Below are positions 39,561 through 47,082 of a stretch of DNA of 64,000 nucleotides, in pieces. The translations under genes were made by a program, and so were the position numbers. The stretch is from Thermoplasmatales archaeon. Its GTDB lineage: Archaea; Thermoplasmatota; Thermoplasmata; Methanomassiliicoccales; Methanomethylophilaceae. Under the pieces are notes generated by a model. That model did no database searches. It was not told the origin of the DNA and saw nothing but the letters and a program-made list of their open reading frames with translations. The DNA lies in the NCBI GenBank assembly GCA_012515075.1, contig JAAYZC010000002.1, positions 70,048 through 134,047 of the forward strand. The letters are read 5' to 3'. Every line of letters begins with the position of its first letter. The first letter of the stretch is position 1.

Positions 39561-39875
39561 TTACGTATGGGGGATGCCCGTTTTCACGTCCTCTATCCTG
39601 CTGATCAGACCGTCCAGACGGGATTCCAGCCCGTCCATGAACTCCCGGTACTTATCCGAGACCACAGCACCGTCTGGTGTAGCCACTATGAGGCCGTCCT
39701 TCTCGAGAAGCCTCAGGGAGTACCTGACCTTGTGTTTGGGTATGCTCAGGGCCTCGGAGAGCCGGGTTATGCCTATGGGCTGGTTGTCCTTGGTGAATTT
39801 CAGCATATTTATGTGACGCTCTATGAGATCCACCTCCTCGTACGCCCCGCTAAGGACACCTTCTTCGCCGTTCAT
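39561..39875 (-). CDS. Winged-helix transcriptional regulator
   Basis: ATG 39875 lies 25-35 nt downstream of the AT-rich TTGATATACG. wHTH segment: PIGITRLSEALSIPKHKVRYSLRLLEKDGLI. 104 aa. Confidence 0.65.
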   Translation of the reverse strand: MNGEEGVLSGAYEEVDLIERHINMLKFTKDNQPIGITRLSEALSIPKHKVRYSLRLLEKDGLIVATPDGAVVSDKYREFMDGLESRLDGLISRIEDVKTGIPHT

Positions 39876-39937
39876 CCTATCGGGGGGCAATCGATATGAT
39901 ACGTATATCAAAGATACACTCACATCGATGGGCATCA

Positions 39938-40390
39938 TGGAAGGATCGGAGAAGATTAGGCTGGCGTTCCACCTGTGCGGGCCGATGTTCGTTCTCTTCT
40001 ACCTGATACCCGAACAGGCAGGGGCATCCCCAGAGGCGTCATCGCAACGATACCTTGGGCAGTCTTCGCTGTGGTGGAGGCGCTGCGCATAAAGCATCGT
40101 ATACCGGTCACCTGTCTGAGGTACCATGAGTACGAACGTCCCTGTGCGGTCATCTGCGGGGCGAACCCACGATCCATCCCATTGTTCCCGTGGAGGTCTT
40201 CTTCACAATAGCCCTATCCTCACTGGCACTGTTCTACGGCGTGACGATGGGAACGCTCGTGCTGTCGGCGGCGGCATCCGTGTCGGCCGTTGCGGCCGAG
40301 GCCGTCAGGAACAACAAGGTCGACGATGACTTCCTTATGCTTGCGGTGCCCGCCGTCATAATGTGGATGCTGGGGCCGTATCTCGTTTAA
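39938..40390 (+). pseudogene. Possible frameshifted membrane-protein gene (three consecutive coding-like frames)
   Basis: Frame 1 runs from ATG 39938 (MEGSEKIRLAFHLCGPMFVLFYLIPEQ). Frame 3 follows from about 40020 (GIPRGVIATIPWAVFAVVEALRIKHRIP...). Frame 2 runs 40190-40390 (VEVFFTIALSS...VDDDFLMLAVPAVIMWMLGPYLV). All three have high third-position GC. The first switch is at a GGGG/CCCC run. Confidence 0.3.
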
Positions 40391-40554
40391 CGGCCGAACC
40401 AGTGCTGCTTTCCCCATTTATTGTAGTTCGCCCACCATCCCTGGATGAACGATCCGCAGCAATCTAGGGCCTTCTGCTCTGCGTCCGGACCCTTGTAGGT
40501 CTTGTAGCAGTTCAGACACTGGAATCTGAGCTCGGGGGCTTTCTGTTTTGCCAT
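40387..40554 (-). CDS. Unannotated 55-aa Cys-containing (zinc-ribbon-like) small protein
   Basis: Translation: MAKQKAPELRFQCLNCYKTYKGPDAEQKALDCCGSFIQGWWANYNKWGKQHWFGR. A TATA-like TTTATTAA lies 24-33 nt upstream of the ATG and GGGGT lies just before it. Third-position GC is about 70 percent. Confidence 0.45.
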   Translation of the reverse strand: MAKQKAPELRFQCLNCYKTYKGPDAEQKALDCCGSFIQGWWANYNKWGKQHWFGR

Positions 40555-40846
40555 CGAACCCCGATTGTGCGCTCCGTTAATAAATCTTTAGCAACAGGAT
40601 TCCCTGCCCACTGGACCGTACACACCCTCCCGGAACGCAGCAGTCTGGCCGCTTATCTTCGCATGCTCAGGCCGTGTGGCCCGAATAGCATGTATGATAT
40701 ACATATGATGTCCATATCTAGGTGCTCCCGCGAGTCGCGTGCGACCTGTCCGGACGTTCCCTGCGAGGTATTATATAGGTAACAACTGCGTATTGTAAAC
40801 GTTTCTACACATATTATTTATATGCTTAATCCATTGGGGGAAGTCC

Positions 40847-41347
40847 ATGAATAGAATCAAGGTCATCAACGAACCATCCGAGCTCGTACCTATGCTCAGG
40901 TCTGTTGATACCCCTGTTAAGAGGGATGTACTCAAAGAAGTGACCTTGGAGTGGAGGACCGCCGACGATATTGAGAAGAAATTCGGTTCGGAGGGCAGGG
41001 ACGCCATCGTTTTCTTCGAAAAGATGAAACTTGTGGAGACGCGCTGGTTATCTACTAACGGTAGCTACCCCGAAAAATCTTACCATACATACTACACTTC
41101 TTTTCATATAAACGCCCAGTGGCCAGTCTACGAGATATCCGATGTTCTCGCTGCCGCCATGATGAGCACCGAGGAGTACGCGGACATAGAATCCAAGATA
41201 CTGAAGGAGGTCGGCAAGGAAGGCAGGTTCTCCGGCGACGTCGCGGAATCCCTCGGTCTGACCTCCACAATGCTCAAGAGCCTGGTCCGCCGTTCCGTCA
41301 AGATGGACTATCGCGGGCACAGGATTGAGATGATCCACGAAGAGTAA
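40847..41347 (+). CDS. Putative wHTH (ArsR-like) protein
   Basis: 166 aa, with an SD (GGGGGAAG) and a TATA-like TATTTATATG upstream. The N-terminal VDTPVKRDVLKEV...DIEKKFG and C-terminal GDVAESLGLTSTMLKSLVRR look like two HTH units. Confidence 0.55.
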   Translation: MNRIKVINEPSELVPMLRSVDTPVKRDVLKEVTLEWRTADDIEKKFGSEGRDAIVFFEKMKLVETRWLSTNGSYPEKSYHTYYTSFHINAQWPVYEISDVLAAAMMSTEEYADIESKILKEVGKEGRFSGDVAESLGLTSTMLKSLVRRSVKMDYRGHRIEMIHEE

Positions 41348-41351
41348 TGAG

Positions 41352-41870
41352 ATGTCCGACATCTGGATTATGCGCATCGGTCACCGCCCCCAGAGGGACA
41401 AGAGGGTCACCACGCACGTAGCGCTCTCCGCCAGGGCGCTCGGCGCCAAAGGCATCTACGTCGACACGAAGGACGAGGTCCTGGAGTCCAACATCCGCAG
41501 CGTGGTGGACAGGTTCGGAGGGGATTACACGATAGAGACCGGGGTCAGATGGCAGAAGGCCGTCAAGGAGTTCGAAGGCAGCGTTGTGCATCTAACCATG
41601 TACGGCCAGAGGGTAGACGAGGCCCTGCCCGGAATACCGAAGGACTCAGACATCATGGTGGTGGTCGGTGCCGAGAAGGTTCCCCCAGAAGTCTATCAGC
41701 AGGCGGATTTCAACATATCCGTGGGCAACCAGCCCCACTCAGAAATAGCCGCCCTGGCGATATTCCTGGACAGGTTCACCGAGGGAAGGGCTCTCTATTC
41801 GGACCGCCACGGAAAGATGACAGTGATACCCAACAGCAGGGGGAAGACCGTTGTCGATCTATCCGAATGA
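41352..41870 (+). CDS. trm56: tRNA (cytidine56-2'-O)-methyltransferase Trm56
   Basis: IMRIGHRPQRDKRVTTHVALSARALGA, VHLTMYG, and VVVGAEKVP...ADFNISVGNQPHSEIAALAIFLDR (SPOUT knot). Confidence 0.85.
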   Translation: MSDIWIMRIGHRPQRDKRVTTHVALSARALGAKGIYVDTKDEVLESNIRSVVDRFGGDYTIETGVRWQKAVKEFEGSVVHLTMYGQRVDEALPGIPKDSDIMVVVGAEKVPPEVYQQADFNISVGNQPHSEIAALAIFLDRFTEGRALYSDRHGKMTVIPNSRGKTVVDLSE

Positions 41871-42435
41871 CACCGAATGCATCCGCATGCTCTCCGAGGC
41901 CGGATGCAAGAGGCGGGTCATAGTGCACTGCTGCACTGTGAGAACCGTGGCCGACACAATGGCCGCCGGGATGAACCGGGCAGATCCGGGACTTGTCACG
42001 GCAGGAGCGCTTCTGCATGACATCGGCCGCGCCAGGGACCATTCCATAATGCACGCGACAGTGGGGGCGGACATGGCCCGCGACCTGGGGCTTCCCAGGG
42101 AGATAGTCGAGATAATCCGGAGGCACACCGGGGCCGGACTCGACGAACAGGATGCCGTAGAGATGGGCCTGCCGCCGGGTGATTACATACCCCGGACCAT
42201 AGAGGAGAAGATCGTGGCCCATGCGGACAATCTTGTCAGCGACGATCGCGTCGTGCGCCATGCCCACTCCGTCGAAAGGCTGGTGTCCAAAGGGGCCTAC
42301 CGCGGTGCCGAGAGGATAGAGCTGCTTCATATGGAGCTTTCGGACCTCTACGGCAGGGACCTGGATGACATGGTTGACCTGCTGGGGGAGCATCCGCGGC
42401 TCAGCGGTCCGTGTGCGGACCTCCACAAGCGCTGA
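41851..42435 (+). CDS. HD-domain phosphohydrolase (TIGR00295-like)
   Basis: HD motif ALLHDIGR, plus IIRRHTGAGL and HADNLV. TTG 41851 overlaps the trm56 end. ATG 41887 is an alternative start. Confidence 0.75.
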   Translation: MSIYPNDTECIRMLSEAGCKRRVIVHCCTVRTVADTMAAGMNRADPGLVTAGALLHDIGRARDHSIMHATVGADMARDLGLPREIVEIIRRHTGAGLDEQDAVEMGLPPGDYIPRTIEEKIVAHADNLVSDDRVVRHAHSVERLVSKGAYRGAERIELLHMELSDLYGRDLDDMVDLLGEHPRLSGPCADLHKR

Positions 42436-42684
42436 TCATGCAAACCCGCAGACGCGGGACGGGAAGTGACTGAGTATTATTATGTCGCCGACCGACTGTA
42501 TCCATCTGAAGGGTATGGCTACGGCCACGCCCTCATCCACCAGCACGGGGCTGGCCCTCTCCACGTAAAGGCTGTCGGCCCTCAGACCGGTTATGTCGAT
42601 GATCACATCGTCCACCACACCCAGGAATATTCCGTCGGGAGTGTATATCTCCAGGCCCTTCATGTTGCCCAGCTCTTCCATCAT
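42436..42684 (-). CDS. PRC-barrel domain protein
   Basis: 82 aa matching the PRC-barrel pattern: GLEIYTPDGIFLGVVDDVIIDITGLRADSLYVE...IPFRWIQSVGDIIIL. Confidence 0.75.
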   Translation of the reverse strand: MMEELGNMKGLEIYTPDGIFLGVVDDVIIDITGLRADSLYVERASPVLVDEGVAVAIPFRWIQSVGDIIILSHFPSRVCGFA

Positions 42685-42823
42685 CGGATCGTTACGGTAT
42701 CCGCCGCCCGCGATATAACCGTTTTCCGTTCTGCACAGGCTATCTCCGTTGTATGTTAACGCCGTTGATATGAAACGTATTTATCCGCGTTAGGAGATTC
42801 TATAGGAGCAGGAGACTAACAGA

Positions 42824-43138
42824 ATGGTAACAGAACTGTCAGAAGCAACCTTCCAGAAATTCATAGACGACAACCAGTTGGCCCTCATCGACTGCTGGGC
42901 ACCCTGGTGCGGACCCTGCAGGAGGATGGCGCCCATACTGGAGCAGGTGGCCAAGGCCATGGAGGGCAAGGCAGGGGTCGCCAAGATGAACACCGACGAT
43001 AACCCGGACCTGTCCATGAAGCTGGGCATAAACGCGATACCGGCCCTTCTGATATACAAGAACGGAGTCCCCCAGCCGCCCCTCATAGGCCTGAGGGCCA
43101 AGGAAGAGATAATATCCCATCTCAACGCTCTGCTATGA
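42824..43138 (+). CDS. trxA: Thioredoxin
   Basis: WAPWCGPCRRMAP active site. 104 aa. Confidence 0.95.
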   Translation: MVTELSEATFQKFIDDNQLALIDCWAPWCGPCRRMAPILEQVAKAMEGKAGVAKMNTDDNPDLSMKLGINAIPALLIYKNGVPQPPLIGLRAKEEIISHLNALL

Positions 43139-43142
43139 CGTT

Positions 43143-44036
43143 ATGAAAGGATTCGACGTAGCCGTGATAGGGTCTGGGCCATCGGGCATACAGGCCGCCA
43201 TACATTCCTCCAGGAAGAAGGCTTCCACGGTTCTGCTGGGCAAGCCGTCCGGCAGCGCCATGTCGGGGACACATGTCGAGAACTACTTCGGGATTCCCGG
43301 GAAGGCCGACGGGGACGGGCTCCTCCGCACGGGAATCGCCCAGGCCGTTTCATTCGGGGCGGTGCACATACCCGAGAGCGTCACCTCCCTCTCCGTCACC
43401 CCCGAAGGTTTCCGGGCTGTCCTGGAAGGCGGAGGGGAGGTGACGGCCAGGGCGGTGATACTGGCCACAGGCGTGTCCAGGGTCAAGCTCGGGATACCGG
43501 GGGAGAAGGAATTCTTCGGCAAGGGGGTAAGCTACTGCGCAGTGTGCGACTGCAGTTTCTACAAGGGTCTGAAAGTCGCGGTGATAGGGGGCGAGGCCGA
43601 GGCCGCCTCGTCCGCGGAGATGATGACCCGCTACGCCTCCGAGGTTTTCTGGGTGTCGGATGACATCCGGGCCGCCGATTATGCAGTGGGCAAGGCCGAG
43701 GCCGCCGGTGTCCGCATCATCCGTCTGAAACCGGTATCGATAGGGGGAGGGGAGAGGGTAGACTCGCTGAATCTGTCGGATGGATCCTCGTTGCGGGTGG
43801 ACGGCGTCTTCATAGAGCTGGGAGCCCGTTCCGCGGCGGAGCTGGCGATGGACGTGGACCTGATGCCGGAGGTGGACGACACCATAGCCGTCGACGGCAG
43901 TTGCGCTACGACCGTGCCCGGAGTGTTCGCATGCGGCGACATAACCGGTCGCCCATGGCAGGTCGCCCGCGCGGTCGGCCAGGGGGCCCAGGCGGGGCTG
44001 TCCGCAGCCGACTACGCGAAGGGGACCGCGCAATGA
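43143..44036 (+). CDS. trxB: Thioredoxin-disulfide reductase
   Basis: FAD motif VIGSGPSGIQAA, redox-active CAVCDC, a second dinucleotide motif VAVIGGEAEA, and a C-terminal GVFACGDI. Confidence 0.9.
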   Translation: MKGFDVAVIGSGPSGIQAAIHSSRKKASTVLLGKPSGSAMSGTHVENYFGIPGKADGDGLLRTGIAQAVSFGAVHIPESVTSLSVTPEGFRAVLEGGGEVTARAVILATGVSRVKLGIPGEKEFFGKGVSYCAVCDCSFYKGLKVAVIGGEAEAASSAEMMTRYASEVFWVSDDIRAADYAVGKAEAAGVRIIRLKPVSIGGGERVDSLNLSDGSSLRVDGVFIELGARSAAELAMDVDLMPEVDDTIAVDGSCATTVPGVFACGDITGRPWQVARAVGQGAQAGLSAADYAKGTAQ

Positions 44037-44545
44037 CGGTTGACGATCTGGTCGCCGGGATGCTCAGGGAGGAAGGGGGCTTCCAGAAGGCCCTCCGCAG
44101 CATGATAACCGAGGACCTCGGTATGACCACCAACGAATTCTGCGAGTATTCGGGGATATCCAAGAGCACCATGTACAAGATCCTGGAGGAGAAGCGCGAG
44201 CCCAATCTGCGCACGGTCAGGAGCATAATCAAGGCCCTGAGGATGCTATCCTCCGCATCCGATGACAGCTTCATAGCGGTCATAGCATCATATACCGTGT
44301 TGGAATCCATACCGGACGCCGTGGAGCTGGACGGCCGCAAGGTCTCCATAAGGGAGTATCCGGTGAGCACCGTGGAGGATGCGATAATCGCCGCGGTCAG
44401 AGCCGAACGCGACGGGGCCCTGGGTGTGGTCTGCGCCCCGATAGTCGCCCCCACCGTCGAGAAGATACTGTCCGTGCCAGTATCGCCCGTAATACCCACA
44501 TCCAGCATAATGACCGCCGTGGACAGGATAAAAGACTCGTTATAA
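44033..44545 (+). CDS. XRE-type HTH protein with an uncharacterised C-terminal domain, coupled to trxB
   Basis: ATG 44033 overlaps the trxB stop (ATGA). HTH segment: TTNEFCEYSGISKSTMYKILEEKREPNLRTV. 170 aa. Confidence 0.65.
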   Translation: MTVDDLVAGMLREEGGFQKALRSMITEDLGMTTNEFCEYSGISKSTMYKILEEKREPNLRTVRSIIKALRMLSSASDDSFIAVIASYTVLESIPDAVELDGRKVSIREYPVSTVEDAIIAAVRAERDGALGVVCAPIVAPTVEKILSVPVSPVIPTSSIMTAVDRIKDSL

Positions 44546-44654
44546 CGAAAAAAGTAAATATACAACCTTAACTCTTCTTGGCCCGGGGATTATAATAGCA
44601 TTCGAATTACAAATCGTAAGCAACACACCGCTGAGTTCGGTGCCGGAGGTCGAC

Positions 44655-45053
44655 GTGGTAGCCGAGACCTTCCTTGTTCAGATAGGTTACATCCCGAAGG
44701 GGTACGATCCCAAGACCGGGGCGGCGGGGCTCCGGGACAGTGTACCCTACCGCATGTTCATGGAGTTCTTCATTAGGAACAAGTCGAAGGCCTGGACAGT
44801 CGAGGAGCTGGCAGCCCTCCTGGGGACCACCAAGCCCACGATCTACAGGCATATCAACAAGCTCAAATCCATGGATCTCCTCGAGAGTTTGGACGCGGAG
44901 TTCGAAGGCCAGGTGCGCAAGGGATACCGCATAAGGTACGGCGATCTCTCCAAGGCCTGGAGCTTCACGGAGGCGAACGTGAACATGGCCATGGAGAACT
45001 ACCGCAGAACGGTGGGGCATTTGCAGAGCCTGGTGGACGCGGAGAGGGATTGA
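44655..45053 (+). CDS. Winged-helix (ArsR-like) regulator
   Basis: GTG 44655 follows the SD GGAGGT by 4 nt (the ORF-track GTG at 44640 is the alternative). wHTH segment: WTVEELAALLGTTKPTIYRHINKLKSMDLLE. Confidence 0.6.
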   Translation: MVAETFLVQIGYIPKGYDPKTGAAGLRDSVPYRMFMEFFIRNKSKAWTVEELAALLGTTKPTIYRHINKLKSMDLLESLDAEFEGQVRKGYRIRYGDLSKAWSFTEANVNMAMENYRRTVGHLQSLVDAERD

Positions 45054-45054
45054 C

Positions 45055-45309
45055 ATGATAGGCGACGAGTTGGAGATAACGAAGGGCTGGAGATATCTTG
45101 TGAGGTTCTCGGATCCCGATTCGGAGGACGTGGAGGGGACCTTCGCGGGCTATGCGATGGTGGGCACGGAGACCGCGATGGTGATGGAGACCGACGGCGG
45201 GAGGATGCGTTTCATACTGATTTCCAACATCCTGTTCGTGGACCTACTGGAATCAAAGGACGGGCCGAGGTCCGCCAGGGAGACGACGGCGGGAATCAAC
45301 TACGGATGA
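45055..45309 (+). CDS. Small beta-rich hypothetical protein (possibly Sm-like fold)
   Basis: 84 aa, starting 1 nt after the previous stop and ending 4 nt before elp3. The pattern YLVRFSD...VEGTFAGYAMVG...RFILISNILFVDLL is loosely Sm-like. Confidence 0.5.
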   Translation: MIGDELEITKGWRYLVRFSDPDSEDVEGTFAGYAMVGTETAMVMETDGGRMRFILISNILFVDLLESKDGPRSARETTAGINYG

Positions 45310-45313
45310 TCAG

Positions 45314-46849
45314 ATGGGTTCGGATTTCAATCGCCGTGTAATCGAAATGCTGAAGAGCGGCGAGATAGAGGACCGCGACCAGCTGCAGAAGGTCAAGGTC
45401 AGGCTGTCCAAGGAGTACGGCCTGGGGGCCGTACCTCCCAACTCCGAGATACTGGCGGATGTCAGAGAGGAGGACAGGAAGGCGCTGCGCCCCTTCCTGA
45501 TGAAGAAGCCCATGAGGACCCTCAGCGGCGTGGCTGTGGTGGCAGTCATGACATCGCCGTATCCCTGCCCCCACGGGAAGTGCTCCTACTGCCCCGGAGG
45601 GGTCGAGAACGGGTCCCCTCAGTCCTACACGGGGAAGGAGCCCGCGGCCAGACGCGCGGAGCGCAACGAGTTCGATCCCTTCAGGCAGGTGTCGGACAGG
45701 ATAAGCCAGCTTTCATCCATAGGTCACATGACCGATAAGATAGACCTGATAATAATGGGGGGCACCTTCACTTCCAGGGATCCGGGGTACAAGGAATGGT
45801 TCGTGCGTCGCTGCTTCGATGCCATGAACGGTGTCGACTCCCCCGACCTGGAATCCGCCCAGAACCTGAACGAGACGTCCGCCCACAGATGCGTGGGACT
45901 GACGGTGGAGACCCGCCCGGATGTGTTCGGGACCGACCAGATCGATGAGGCGATGGCGCTGGGTACAACCAGGGTGGAGCTGGGGGTGCAGATCCTGGAC
46001 GACGCCGTTCTGGAAGGCGTCGGCCGCGGCCACGGGGTGGCCGCAGTCATCGAAGCGACGAAAGCCTGCAAGGACCGCGGACTGAAGGTCTGCTACCATC
46101 TGATGCCCGGCCTCCCCGGGTCGTCTCCGGAGAAGGACATGGAATGCTTCCTCAGGGTCTTCTCCGATCCGGATTTCAGGCCCGACATGCTGAAGTTCTA
46201 CCCCACGCTGGTAATCTCAGGGACCAGTCTTTACGGGATGTGGGAGAGGGGGGAGTACCTGCCCTATGACCTGGAGACGGCCGTATCCCTGCTGGCGGAC
46301 ATGAAGTCCGCGGTGCCGGAATACGTGAGGATACAGCGCATACAGCGTGACATCCCCGTCCCGCAGATCTCCGCGGGGATAACGAGGAGCAACATACGCG
46401 AACTCGTCAAGACACGTCTGCAGGAGACCGGCAGGGAGTGCAGGTGCATCAGATGCAGGGAGGTCGGGCACGCCGACGTGCGCCCAGACGCGGAGAGCAC
46501 GGAGTTCGGGGTCATGGAGTATGAGGCGTCTGGCGGCACCGAGAGGTTCATATCCTTGGAGTGCGGGGATTCCGTCATAGGGTACGTACGTCTCAGGACG
46601 GACGGAACCGGGACCGCCACCGTCAGGGAGCTGAAGGTTTTCGGCATGATGGCGGCGATCGGTTCGCAGGGTGAGGACTGGCAGCACCGCGGTTTCGGCA
46701 GGGCGCTGATGGAACGCGCCGAAGGGGTCGCCACGGAGTCCGGAGCAACCAGGATACGGGTCACAAGCGGCGTGGGCGTCAGGGGCTACTACCGGTCTCT
46801 GGGGTATTCCCTCCGGGCCCCCTACATGGTCAAGGAGCTCAGTCGATGA
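45314..46849 (+). CDS. elp3: Elp3-type radical SAM/GNAT tRNA uridine(34) carboxymethyl-modification enzyme
   Basis: Radical SAM cluster CPHGKCSYCPGG, the conserved core RVELGVQ, and a C-terminal GNAT motif (HRGFGRALMERAE). Confidence 0.9.
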   Translation: MGSDFNRRVIEMLKSGEIEDRDQLQKVKVRLSKEYGLGAVPPNSEILADVREEDRKALRPFLMKKPMRTLSGVAVVAVMTSPYPCPHGKCSYCPGGVENGSPQSYTGKEPAARRAERNEFDPFRQVSDRISQLSSIGHMTDKIDLIIMGGTFTSRDPGYKEWFVRRCFDAMNGVDSPDLESAQNLNETSAHRCVGLTVETRPDVFGTDQIDEAMALGTTRVELGVQILDDAVLEGVGRGHGVAAVIEATKACKDRGLKVCYHLMPGLPGSSPEKDMECFLRVFSDPDFRPDMLKFYPTLVISGTSLYGMWERGEYLPYDLETAVSLLADMKSAVPEYVRIQRIQRDIPVPQISAGITRSNIRELVKTRLQETGRECRCIRCREVGHADVRPDAESTEFGVMEYEASGGTERFISLECGDSVIGYVRLRTDGTGTATVRELKVFGMMAAIGSQGEDWQHRGFGRALMERAEGVATESGATRIRVTSGVGVRGYYRSLGYSLRAPYMVKELSR

Positions 46850-47051
46850 CCACGCGGTCGCTCTCGAGACGGAAGCCGTCGGTCTGTATGACGTAACGCC
46901 CCCTCTCGTCCACCTTGTGCTCTTTCAGATAGACCGCGCCGCTGGGGCTTACCAGGATGTAGACGATGGTGCCGGAGACGGTGTCTATCACCAGGTCGTC
47001 GAGCATACCCAGATACCTGCCAGAAGATGTCTCCACCCTCTTACCCAGCAT
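46839..47051 (-). CDS. PRC-barrel domain protein downstream of cdc48
   Basis: MLGKRVETSSGRYLGMLDDLVIDTVSGTIVYILV...RLESDRVVID. ATG 47051 is used. TTG 47078, 4 nt after the cdc48 stop, is an alternative. The 3' end overlaps the elp3 3' end by 11 nt. Confidence 0.65.
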   Translation of the reverse strand: MLGKRVETSSGRYLGMLDDLVIDTVSGTIVYILVSPSGAVYLKEHKVDERGRYVIQTDGFRLESDRVVID

Positions 47052-47082
47052 CTCCCCCAGGAAAACCCTGCCGTCCAAGGGA

